NCBI GenBank assembly: GCA_903813345.2
Contig: CAIIXF020000001.1
Coordinates: 45,136,001-45,200,000, forward strand
Source: Owenia fusiformis
Taxonomy: Eukaryota
DNA length: 64,000 nt
Direction: 5' to 3'
The position numbers and the translations under genes are program-made. The notes below the pieces were generated by a model. The model ran no database searches. It saw only the letters and a program-made list of their open reading frames with translations, and was not told the DNA's origin. Shown piece by piece: positions 1 to 12,700 of the stretch (position 1 is its first letter; each line of letters opens with the position of its first letter).

Positions 1-140
1 GCTTCAAATTGACCAAACTTTTTTTGAAATCATGTACAAGTTCCCAGGAGTTTACAACTGACCATAACATTTGAGAGTTGACCTTCAATTTTGAACAAAA
101 TACTCAATCGACCGGGCACCAGCCGATAGATTGGGGCAAA
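1..140. repeat. Fragment of a dispersed repeat family also present at ~39240-39680
   Basis: GCTTCAAATTGACCAA-T-run-AAATCATxTACAAG and TTGACCTTCAAT motifs recur several times at 39250-39610. Confidence 0.6.
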
Positions 141-342
141 TGTTACCTAGGCTTCACAAGTAACCATATAATTCATCAAAGTTCAGAAGAATCAGTGTTT
201 AAAACATTCTAAGCATTCTAATTCTAGAATGTATTTATATGTAGCCTCGGCCCCTCGCAATCTATGTAAATAATTATGTTGAATTATATAGAAATAAATA
301 ACAAAAACCTTTAAAAAATTATTTCACACCACAGATTTGAAT

Positions 343-881
343 CACTGCTACCCACCTAGTTACACAGACGTATCGTCAATGTATCATGGCGGAACTACTT
401 CCGGGACTAGGTTTCGGTAAGATTTTTTTATTTCCCGATTTACACCTACTTATAAGTCACGTTGTGAATAATAATTTGGCTCGAAGTTAAGGAACATAGT
501 CTTTTTTGAGAATGTGTCGATGGTTTTAGGTTTTATATGTTAACGAAGACACAATTCACGTATTTAGTCCCTCGCTTTTGTTACACTGACGAACGACCAA
601 TATCAGTGTAATATTGGCAATATTAATGCCGATCGTCAGTGTAACAAAAGCGAGGTACTAAATATGTGAAATGCGAATTCTTTAACATACCCAACCTAAA
701 ACCATCGACACATTCTCAAATAAGACTATCTCCCATAACTTGAGCCAAATTATAATCCATATCGTGACTTATAAGTAGATGTAAATCGAGAAATAAAAAT
801 ATCTTACCAAATTCAAATCCCGGAAGTAGTTCAGCCATGATACACTGACGATACGTCTGTGTAACTAGGTGGGTAGCAGTG
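343..881. mobile_element. Foldback/MITE, CACTG...CAGTG termini, 5-bp TSD (TGAAT)
   Basis: The whole 539 bp is an imperfect palindrome: CACTGCTACCCACCTAGTTACACAGACG...CGTCTGTGTAACTAGGTGGGTAGCAGTG. TGAAT occurs at 338-342 and 882-886. A second copy lies at 38238-39165. Confidence 0.9.
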
Positions 882-1092
882 TGAATGAAAAGGTCACAAA
901 ACTAGTTTGAATCGATAAAATTGATCGGCCTGGTATGTAAAACTCCACAAAGCAAATCATAGCAGCAGAAAATATAAGGTTTGTTTACTTTATTTTGTTG
1001 AGCTTGTCGCTATATTCCAGGTAAAAAGGCAACTGTGCTGTTAAGAAACTATAAAAACATAATACAAATATAATCGACATCTAGAGAGCAAT

Positions 1093-4000
1093 ATGTTGGA
1101 CATTCAAAACTTAATTTGCTTTGCGTTTGTGTTTTTAATCATCTGCCATATTTCGAAGACGAGACAAATTGTAATAGATGGACCACCGACTGAAAATTGG
1201 ATTATGTACAGAGCAACATCTCAAGACATTCCAGAATATAAGTACAAATGGCCTTTGGAAAACAATCAGGGTCAGGTTGTCATTGATATAGACAGTTCGA
1301 AATGGTTAACAGTTGGTCAATATTCAACTGTATTGGATGTGAAGAGCAACACCATCGTGAGCACGATCTATAAGCTTGACATAGAAAATGATTGGGGACG
1401 ATCCGTTGGTTCAAAGAAACACGACCGTTTTACATGTTAAATGTAGAGAATACAATGGATTGAAACCTTGGATTCCTAATGCTGTTACTTTGGGACAGTA
1501 TAAGGATATTCGTTACTCAAGAATTGAATGCTTCTTGAAGAACATGTCTGTGACATTCTTAAAGGGCCTTGTTCACTTAAGATGGTTGGATCTAGCGAAC
1601 AACAATATTTCTGTAGTTGAGCAACATGCGTTTGATGATTTGGTTGCATTGGAAGATTTAGTCCTAACAAGAAACCCAATAGGGTTCCTCCCTAATGGAC
1701 TATTTTGCACTATGCCCAAACTGAAAACATTAAAATTGGATTACTTAAAGCTGACAGGATTCCCAACTGCTGCGTTCCAATCCAAATCGACATGTCTAGG
1801 CAATCTTCAAGATCTGGATCTCTCAAATAACAAATTGGTCAGTATACCAAATGCTTCATTCTCTCAAATGAACATGCTGACCAACCTTAGTCTCTATAAT
1901 TGCTCCATACATATTTTGGACGCTAATGCCTTCGAAGGGTTAACAAATATAGAACATTTAGACATTGGACAGAATTGGATAAAAGAATTACCAGTCGACA
2001 TATTTTCAAGTACGTCCAAATTATACAATCTTACACATGTAAAGTTGGGTTCGAACAACATTACTCATTTCTCATTCGATTTGTTCGTGAAATGCGTAGC
2101 CTTGACATTTGTAGACCTCCAGATGAATCAAATCGAACACGTACACGGAAGTATTAAGGACACTCGGCTCGAATTCATATATTTCAATGGCAATGTTATT
2201 CGATCATTTCCAGCTAATATGTTTTATTCTAATGACACAGATATTCTTGTGCTCAGCGATAATCATATCTCAATCATTCATCCTGATTATTTGTTAATGC
2301 CAAACCTAAAGCTTCTGGGATTAGATCGGAACAACTTAACAATTCTGGGGAACTTCACATTTCATCATCTTGGAAAGCTGAAACGTTTATTCGTAAGGAA
2401 CAATAAAATCGCAGAACTTGGTGCACTGGCATTTGAAGGTCTTGAACAATTGGAATATCTTTTCCTGGACAACAACAAAGTCAACAAGGTTCCGTCTGGA
2501 ATATTCAAAAAAGTAAAACATTTAAAAACGTTGTCACTAAGACAAAATTATATCCTTAACTTAGATGGAACAATGCTTGAGGGTCTTAACTCGTTGGATA
2601 CTATTGAATTAGACAATAACATGATTCAAACTATTGAAAAATATACATTCCAGCACTTTAAATCTCTTCGTATTGTTTCACTTCAGTCAAACCACATAAC
2701 TACTATACCATATGGTATATTTGGACATTTGCGTCATTCATTAGGATGGATAGATCTTAAAGGGAACAACCTAAGTGCACTACCAGCAGATTTGTTCACA
2801 GGATTCTTTAAGTTACGTAAACTCGACATTTCCCATAACAATCTTGTCAATATATCTATGGAACTAGTTGACGGTTGTACAAATCTACAACTCCTAGATT
2901 TAAGTTACAATCAGATCAAAGACTTCAATGTTTCGTTGAAATCAAATAAAATGTTAAGCCATTTATACGTCGCAAATAATCAACTTAAGGACGCATGGAA
3001 TATCTTTGAACATATGCATCTTATACCATCACTTATACATTTAGACCTATCAGTAAACAATATGACTTCATTTGGGTCAATTCCACGAGTATTGACGGAT
3101 ATTTCGTCTATTCTTCATAGTGTAAATATAAGTCATAATCGTATCACCTATATTCCAGAAAATCAATTTTATCTATCAAGATGGTTGCAAGAACTGGATA
3201 TGTCGGCTAACAGAATACAAACAATAAAAGATCCAACGTTCATATCCACGGATCATACAGGAAATCTTAACTTTATTGTTGATAAAGAAAATCCGTTTGT
3301 ATGTGATTGTTTCATGAGATGGGCAAGAAACAAACTTAATGAGTCTCTATGCACAGTTCCAGTTCTTAGTGATGGGGCGGCAAAGAGGATGAAAGATGTG
3401 CCAGCTCGTCTATATCTTTGTCAAATAAAAATGAAGTGCCCGGAAAAATGCGAGTGCTTTGCTGATACAGTGAAAGAGCCGTACGTTTGGATACATATAA
3501 AATGTTCCGACAAAGGACTAGAGTACATACCCTTTGAAATTCCAAATACAACTAACGTACTAGATGTATCTCATAATAACATCAATCAATTGGATTCGGC
3601 AACATTTCATAATGCTAGTTGTCCTATATTGCAGATTTTAGACTTGTCTAGCTGTCAAATCACAGCACTCATTGGGAATGACATTTTCAATGGATTTGTT
3701 CAATTAACAATATTGAACCTAAATAATAATCTCATAGTACAACTAAACGGTGAACCGTTTAAAAACATATTTTTGTTGCATGAACTTTACATTTCCAACA
3801 ACTCTATCAAAACAATCCAAGACAATGTATTTTCTGGCCTAAAACTACTGTCTTCCCTTGATCTTGAAGGCAATCGTCTTCAGAATGTAAATCTTACGAT
3901 TTTTGAATCACTGGATCTGATGTTAATTAATGGAAACCCGATACTTAAAGTACTTGGAAGTGGTCATATAAATGCTCGGGGGCGATGGGAATCAAAATGG

Positions 4001-4837
4001 TCTGTTTTGCCGTCTAATAATCCATGGGACTGCTGTAGGGCTTTACCATTAAAGAGATGGTTAAACTCTCACCAATCAATCATACCCAATTTGGTAGACA
4101 TTCACTGCATGCGAGACAATTTGACCGAGTTGGTTCCTTTATTCGAAATCAGTGATTCGAACCTTACATGCATTCCAGAGCCGCCAATACCATTCCAGCA
4201 GACTTCGTACTTCCATGCAATTATAGGAGTACTTGTTGTTGTATCTCTCATCCTTACAACTGTATTACTTTTTAAACGATTTGAATCACATATAAAACTT
4301 AAGTTCTTTATCTGGTTTGGTTGGCGATTCGACAGGATAGACAACAGTAATAAACAATATGACGCATTATTGTCATACAGTGGGCTCAATGGTGATTGGG
4401 TGCGTGATGAATTGCTGAAAAAACTTGAAGAAGCTGGGTATAAGCTCTGTTTACACGAACGTGACTTCAGAGCTGGGGAACCTATCATGGACAACATAAA
4501 TAATGCCATAGACAACAGCAAAAGGACAATTATCGTTCTGTCGAATGAGTTTCTACAAAGTGGTTACGCCTTATATGAGTTTATAAAGTCACACGATGAT
4601 TGGGTTAGAGGTGAACGAGATCCTGTCATCTTAGTGCTGTATGACCCGCTGGATACTTTAGACGAAGATGATTTAGCAAAACATCCTTCTTTAGAGACGT
4701 ATTTATCTACAAGAACATATCTTGCGAGAAATAATAAATATTTCTGGGAAAATATTATTCTTGCAATGCCCCGGCGACGAAGGCAACGAGATCCAGACAA
4801 TAATGGTAACGATGGTTTGATGCTGGCGGCAATTTGA
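1093..4837 (+). CDS. Toll-like receptor, multiple-cysteine-cluster (protostome Toll) type, with a +1 frame break at ~1385-1437
   Basis: ORF 1093-1440 begins with a signal peptide (MLDIQNLICFAFVFLIICH). Overlapping ORF 1388-4837 has many LxxLxLxxN repeats, LRRCT (NPFVCDC), LRRNT (CPEKCEC), further LRRs, LRRCT (NNPWDCC), a TM segment (AIIGVLVVVSLILTTVLLF) and a TIR domain (YDALLSYS, LCLHERDFRAG, FW). Removing one base joins them into ~1247 aa. Confidence 0.93.
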
Positions 4838-4851
4838 CAAAGTCTACACCA

Positions 4852-4896
4852 AGTAATAGACAATAAGACGCATTATTGTCATACAGTGGGCTCAAT
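4852..4896 (+). repeat. 45-bp copy of the TLR's own TIR box-1 coding sequence (4346-4390) just after the stop codon
   Basis: AGTAATAGACAATAAGACGCATTATTGTCATACAGTGGGCTCAAT vs AGTAATAAACAATATGACGCATTATTGTCATACAGTGGGCTCAAT; 2 mismatches. Confidence 0.9.
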
Positions 4897-5608
4897 AACA
4901 AACATTATACTGATGAGATGGTTTTTCAAAAACTCCTCGTTCCTTCAAAATAAAGATGCTCATTGGAAACTGAAATATCAAGAATCGCACTGTTAAAAAA
5001 TGTTAAGTAATACCAATTTAAAACCATTTCCTCTGTGTACAAGAGGTTTTGTATGTCAGAAATCACCATTAGATTAATTATAGATCACGAAAATTCGAAA
5101 AGGATTGGGTTCGAATTGACAATTTGATACTAAATAAATGGCGGGTCATCTTCAACCTGGACTGGCTAGTGTTGTTCTATAATCACATCTATAATTATAT
5201 TGTAGTCTTTTCTTTAATAAACGATATGTTGCTTTTACTGACTCAATAACAACGAATACGATAGGTCAAGATCTGTGCCGAGAAATATATAAAACTATTT
5301 GCACATGTAAATAATTTGTAGACTTGTAATCTTAAAAGCACTGCAGATGTACATGTATGTTAATCATTAAATATTGATTATTGGTGACAATAAAATATCA
5401 TTTAATCATGGCTATATATATATAGTGTGTATACAAGTGTTCAACATTATTAACAATGACTGATTTTGGAGAATAACCGCTCTGTAGCTTTATGCCTGGA
5501 TCCAGGTATCAAAACATGAAAGGGGATAGGGTTATTTTTTATGTTCACATTTACTTGAATGAATCGTTGAATGAATGGGTGACCTGCTTTATCAGATGTA
5601 AACTAATA

Positions 5609-5700
5609 AGGAAGTGAAATATCTGATTGGTCGGTTAGCTAGTCGGGAATAAGGCATCAGGAAGTGAAATAACTGATTGGTCGGTAAGTTAGTTGGGGAT
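5609..5700. repeat. Two copies, 50 bp apart, of a ~40-bp motif with GGAAGTG and reverse CCAAT (CTGATTGG)
   Basis: AGGAAGTGAAATAxCTGATTGGTCGGTxAGxTAGT starts at 5609 and at 5659. Confidence 0.75.
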
Positions 5701-6209
5701 TTTACATTTTGACAACTGTTAACATGTTGACATCAACAGTGTTCTATAATTAAAGCGGTGAACATCCTGGTATCACTTCAAACAAGATTGAATACAAGGT
5801 AATTCGCTTGTTGTATTGGGAATATGCAGTTTACAAATAATTTCAGGGGCCCCTGACTTCGACTCACGCGATTGCCAGCTCCGATGTCGCTGACCAGTTT
5901 CCTCTTACCCGAACTAAGTCCTCAGCACGCGATTATTGGTTGGTTAGTCGTGAACCACCAGTTCCTCTCTCCCTTTCTCCACTCGCGCTGTGTTTCACTG
6001 TGTTGCCCTTGATGTCAATAAACGTTGAGGTAAATTGTATATTAGACGACTGTTTCACAATGTAAGAATTGCAATACACTCTTTGTCTCTTCGCAGTAAG
6101 GTATCTCACGAAACATTGAATATAATTAGTGAAGATATTCCATTTTACTTTTATTAGCATGTGAGCGTTTATTTTATTTTACCATTAAGGAATGAATTCT
6201 AATTCTAAA

Positions 6210-6598
6210 AGTCAAATCATAAATGTTTGGGAGTACTTTGAATTTAAAAAATAAGCAATCAAATGACCAAATTGAAACAGTTTATGTAAAAATAGAAACA
6301 TTTATATTTATCCTAACTTTTGTATATTTTAGTTTGTTTTGTAATTTAGCTATCATATCTATGTCCTCTTATATTTTGATACTTCTCTGCCATGTTATTT
6401 TCGGAAAAATTAACATGGCTGAAACTTCCTAAATTACAAAAGGCCACAGCTTTGCTGCACATTATACATTACTATCTGAAATATACAAAAGTTAGGATAA
6501 ATATAAATGTTCCTATTTTTACATAAATTGTTTCAATTTGGTCATTTGATTGCTTATTTTTTAAATTCAAAGTACTCCCAAACATTTATGATTTGACT
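6210..6598. mobile_element. Foldback/MITE-like inverted repeat just downstream of the minus-strand gene's stop codon
   Basis: AGTCAAATCATAAATGTTTGGGAGTACTTTGAATTTAAAAAATAAGCAATCAAATGACCAAATTGAAACA is matched by its reverse complement ending at 6598. Pairing continues imperfectly inward. Confidence 0.85.
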
Positions 6599-6711
6599 AT
6601 AGATGCATGCATTTGATTAGTAGAGTAACCCTGTCTAACCAAGGAATCATTTTGGAGTATTTTGTCTATGTTCGTTTGGACTTTTATTCAAGAATGTACT
6701 TTTGGTGTATA

Positions 6712-9700
6712 TCAGCTTTCGTCGGATATGTGTTGAAAGAATCTCATGAGTGATGATGTATCAGACATGGAATCTTTGTCTATATATGGTATGTGTTTAT
6801 ATTTGTCTTCCAGTGATAGGTGTGTCGTATTTGGGTTTTTCTTAGTAGTTCCTGGCGTTGAAACGGAATGTTTAATCTCCAACATTGGTATTTCCTCCTC
6901 AACAGGAGTATTGTCTTCTAAAGTTTGACTTAAAACGTCAATATCTGCAGCATTTGCTTCCTCCAATGGAATCATAAGCCCTTCGAGATCTGAAAAAAAA
7001 TTATGGATAAAATTTACAATTCGCAATTTACAGTATGAAATATTGTTCACTTGTAAAAAATGACCCAGCCAGCAAGGTGTGGAACTACCGAGTATTCACC
7101 TGGTTCATCCGAATGGTCGAATGCTATGTTAGTATATCCTCCATTTTCCTTTAACTTCTTTAGTGCATCTTTTCGCTCCTTTTCATTAAGGTCACCCAAC
7201 AGATATTCTCGATACCTTAGTCTTTTCGCCTTTTTACTGAAAAAAGCAAAAGATCCTTAATACTTTGTGTACGATGCATAGGATGGTAGTCTTTCTTGAC
7301 AAGTATAATATAGTGATTAATCTTTGAGATTTGACTTCTTATTTGTCTGTTGATTGTTGAATGTATTATGTAAAACGATGTTAAGATTTTTGCAGAGTAT
7401 ATTTGCCTGAATAACTATTGCAGCCAGGCAAAGTAGTGCTATTTGAGTAGATTAATAACAATGATCAGATTGAACACTTACGCTCTTTCAATCCTTATGA
7501 ATATCTCCATAATGAGGAGTATTGCAAGAAGCCCAAATATGAAGACCAACACGCCTATCACCACTGAAAATGTGATAAACTTGGTTTAAAAATACGAAGC
7601 GATTTGGGGCATTATCCTTGCCACCTATTTACAATGTTTCAATGTTACAATTTTTATATATTATTGTTTTGAGCTTGTGATTTTAGGTACACAGTTATGA
7701 CTTGACTTACTCGCCCAAGGTGTCTCGCAAATCCCATCTGTACAACCCGCATTCTTTATAAAGAAGTGCATTAACGCTCTTGGATGCACATCTGCAAAAG
7801 AGCATAGGCATAGATCAAATGTGAACTAATACTGTACCAACACGCGGAATAAATATATTACAACACGTGTTACTATGTGGAGTTAGTAGTTGATACTCAC
7901 CCGAGCAGTTTCGTCCAGGCCTCGATGATTTATTGGGGGATTCATCTTTATAACTTGCCTTGCAGGAACAAGTATAGGATCCGATGAAGTTGATACATAC
8001 AGCGCGAAAGTGGCAGTCGTTTGTGTTTAGGGCACACTCATTCACATCTAAGGGTAATGAAATAAATGAAATTCTCTATAGGTCATGAATTTGCAAACGC
8101 TTATTCAGTTCAACACTGACTGGGAATAGTGGGTCATTTTTACACTACTATGTACGTTTTATCATTGATTGGGCTATTGGGGTTTGTTGCCTTGTATTCG
8201 TTGATTTTTCCTTATGATAATACGCTTTGGTCGTTCAGGTAGAAAATACTCATCAGATGATTCGAAGATCTGGCCATTGCTCATTCAAAATGCTCCTCTC
8301 ATTTTCATTAGGTTGCAATCTATTAAGATTTCACACTGGAAGTGATATCATCGACTATGAACTTTTATAACCTTGTCCTTGAATGTATTCATGACTTGTC
8401 AAATTAGAATAACATAAAATAACTAAATCATACCTATAATTGAAAACGATTATTCAACTGATTTTGTTCTTACATACCTTTTTACCTCATGCAATTTGCA
8501 AACTTAATAGCCATTGTCATGACTTCCTGTGTTGATATCTTTAAAGATGGCAGCTGAATTACACACTTAACTTCAATAAACATAACATTTTAAAAAAAGA
8601 CTAAGCAAAACCTTTTCTTATAAAACGGATATGGAAAGTAGATATTCAGTCACGGTAACCATATCAAAACGGCAAAAGGAATTATTCGTTTAACATACCT
8701 TCAACCCAAATAGTCTCTGAGAGTGGTTCCGCCACAAGGAGTCTACTAAACCCCAGTTCTCGATTTGATCTAAAATTAATAATAATCCAAGTTAAATGAC
8801 TCCACATATATAGCCATATAAAGCATTGTCAACATAGATGTTGGCCAGATCGTTTTGTAGTAGGGTCTCATAGGCTATAAGAATAATTATAGAATTATTC
8901 TTTGAGCTTCTGATCCTACTGCAAAAGAATCTGGCCAGGATCCATGATTGTCAACATTACGTTTTTCTGGTCAAAATAAGTATTTACAAGCTAGTTTTAT
9001 GGAACATTTTACATTTGTTAAAAATCAAGAAATTGTGATCATTTAAATTTTAAAGATCTAATAGCAAAGGTTTTGCAAAAATGAATCAATGTAGTATAAA
9101 ACAAATGTATGTATAATGAAGAAATAAATATATAATGAAAAAAATAGATACGTGCTTGTCATATTGGTATTAACTTATGATTAAAAAATGTCACTATCTC
9201 TTTCATTTTTCAACAAATATAGGCTCACGTGACATGTGACGCGGGGCAGTCAATTTTGATCTATCGTAGACCATATCAGTATCAAATTGCCGATATTTCA
9301 ACCTCGTCTTGCGAGGCCATTTTGATTTGAAACATCTTGAATGTGGTGTCAAAATAAAGCTGGTCACGCCCACTTTCATAGTTATCAATGAATCATTTAC
9401 TACGACTACTATATTCATTTAGGAGGCGTGTAAAGTTAACCAATCAGAAAGACAATTGTTCCATATATGGCAGTTCATTAACATATTCAGTGCTTACTAC
9501 TGCTTTTCGCGTCATGACAACATGAGGGAACGTGAGTAGTAACCAATCAAGATGCCGTATTTTATCACGTGAGTTCAGAGTGACAAGTACACGCGTACGA
9601 CATGTAGTCTGAGCTGATCGTGATGTTGAACAATTTCTTCTCGGAATTTGTCCAGAGAAATCAGCGATTCTAAATTAAGGTAGGATCTGCCATTTCTTCC

Positions 9701-12700
9701 TGTACAAGTTATAACTTATCTCTAATGAATACTAAAGTTTTGGATGAAGATATGAAGCATACGTTTAAATACGAAGCGATTAATTTGACGATCTGATTTT
9801 GCAATTTGCAATGGCCAATTTACAGCAAGTCTGCGTGTATTTGACAAGAGATAGCCAAGTCTTGTATCTAAATGCTTGTTAAGCCTTACTCAAAAACAAG
9901 ATCCATATTTTCTAAAGTTGATAACTTAAGAAAACCTGTTTTCATAACCTGATTTCCGCGTCAAAAATTCAAACTGAGTAATAGGAATGGATCGGATCCT
10001 CAGTCTCCTCGAGTCTTCATTCCAGAACTCACATTTTTAGTTGATTCTCCGACCGTCATAGTACTTGTCTAAAGTATCCATAATTGCTCTCTTACTGGTA
10101 TACTTGGACACATTTTCCCCTGTATTTTCCCCAGTCAAATTACACCCTCTCGCCGATTTATAATAGCCATTTCTCAGAACCCGGGAATCAGAATCGCTGA
10201 TGTTTGCCATATTGAACATGTTGAAATATGTACTGTAATATCTGTATTGCCTGCTACGCGTAATGGTCGCGTGACTAGCGCGATACAGGAAAAATGGGGA
10301 ATTTCTAAACAACAATTTTTGGGCACTTTTATTGCAAATTTCAGGTATCTATAAGTGTTTGTGGTATAAAATATCATCCCCAGACATAAATGAACATCCA
10401 AACTACATATTTTATTAAGTTTTGGAGCCTTTTTTACTCTTAAATTGACATCTTTAAAAGGATATAAACCTAAAAGAGGCAAAATAATTTTGTAATTTGA
10501 TTTCTTTACTTGTTACTTGGACTTACTCATTAACTCTGTTGATCAAATTATCTCTCAGTTTACCGAGTCCCACACTGTAGTTATATTGGAATATGAGGGA
10601 CACGTTGACAAGAATACCAGAAAATGCATCAGCGATACCAGATACATCACTGCCAAGATAGCCGTCTGACAAATAAGTGTGAGGAATTATTTTATCGAAC
10701 TGTAATCAAAGAAAAAATCATGAGCAACACTGTGTGTGGGGTAATTTACTTGATCTGTTATTTGAAACTGAAACAGTATTTTTTTAATGAGTACTAATTT
10801 GTTGCAACAATTATATTTTATTCTACCCCCTTAGAGGTCCGTGCTGTGACATACCCCTGATCGCGTCACCCTGGCAACAATATCATTGTATTCTGAAGAG
10901 TTCTGTTGTGCCATATCATCAATGTACTCAATATCTTCAAAATCATAAAGACCAGCCACTTGTGTAATGTTAACAACTACACTGTATATCCTTGATTCTG
11001 TAAAATAAACCAAATGACATTACAAAGCCTGAAAAAACTAGAAATCTGTTGTTTGTCTGATTTTATTCATAGTCTTACTGTATTACTTCTTTAACAATCT
11101 GGTTCAATTTTATAGACTACTTACTGTAACAATGTCCTATACGATGTCTACGGGCGTACCCATCAATGCACATACATCTGTATTCAGCGTTTGTATACAA
11201 GCATATTGTGTTCTCTTGATCCTGACAGTAGTTGTCACACCCCGGTGGGGGCCCAGGTTGAACTGGCAGGGGTACAAATGGCCCTAAAATAGATCATAGG
11301 TCACGTTAGATTATGATTTGGGATATTTAGGTTTCTTTTCCTTGATGTCTACCCTTCCCTTTGGCCTAATTATACAAAGAAAAAATAGTTAATGCCGTGA
11401 GCAACAGCGACTCGAACCCACGACCTTTAGGCTATGACTTCTCCGTCCATCTTGACGTACCAGTAACCCAGACCCATGTTATCAAAACGCACCACTAGTA
11501 AACATACATGTACTATATACATGTACTCACTTAACATGCATCCCTCTGTCATATTCATAGGTACATATTCGTCCACACACTGGCAATATCCGGAGTTCCC
11601 ACACTCTGTGAAGTTCATCGCCTCAGAACACTCAACGTTCACGAGGCAAACGTCGCCTAGCCTCCCTAAATTAGACCACAAATTAGATATTCGCTTAAAG
11701 TCCCACTGTGCTTAATATAGAAGAAAAAATCATGTTATTCTCACACCCAATTAAATATGATGCAATGTTTGATTTGCAGTAATATTAACCAAGGCAAAAT
11801 AACTCACGTAGAAAACAGCATTTGAAGTTCAGAGATCATTAGAAGTACATGCACATTTTTAACAAAGGGCATGTTTTAAATTACTCTTGATTTAAAAGAT
11901 GGTGACACTTAAATAAAAATGAATGTATCATGTAATGCAATAAATTTTGCCATCTTTCATTGACATTGATGAAAACTTGATATATAAAGCTTGACATATC
12001 AAAAATATTTTTGATAGCATAGCAAGCTTCGATGTGGCCTGTTTGAGCTGTTATTGGTGTCAAATGAAAGATAGAAGTACTTATCAACCCATTGGAAATA
12101 CTATGAAATTCACACTAAGACTTCTTTTCCCACAAAATGTTTAAAATACGCAAAGTGGGCCTTTAAATAAAGATGACCATGTGATGCAAATATTTCATAT
12201 TTCATTTGCAATTTCAAATCCATTGCACATACAAGTACAAGTACTCACTTCTTTGGCAGGATAAACTTTTCCAATCTGTTTTATATCCAGTCTGACATAG
12301 GCAAGTAGAATTGCTACATGTGCTGCCATCTGTTGTTGTTGAACAGTCATAATGGTTGGTACAATTATCCCCTAAATGTCCTACATACATAAATATACTC
12401 TCTTAAAGCTGATTGCAATCATTTTAACTTTGATTGAAATTTCAACATATAGTGACTTCCATGTCACGTGTTATAATCTAAGGAGAAGATTGTGTTAATA
12501 ATATAATTGCTTACTTTGGACGCAGTTAGTTCTGTTAGCTAATGGCTTATACCCGATCTCACAAGAGCATGTGCTATTCAGGCATACACTTTTATTCAAT
12601 ACAGCATCACAATCCACAGAAATATCACAAGCATCACCGATCTGTCCTGAAAGGGTAGTTTCTATTGATACAACATTATATTCCCCATCACATGCACCCT

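Noticed and set aside
301..309. Exact RSS nonamer ACAAAAACC near the CAC-ended foldback
   Set aside because: It lies outside the element, with no heptamer 12 or 23 bp upstream, so it is most likely chance in AT-rich DNA.
4102..4863. Minus-strand ORFs of 139 and 99 aa
   Set aside because: Antisense shadows of the TLR coding sequence.
11395..11472. tRNA gene
   Set aside because: Only a B-box/T-arm-like motif is present; no acceptor or anticodon stems could be formed.
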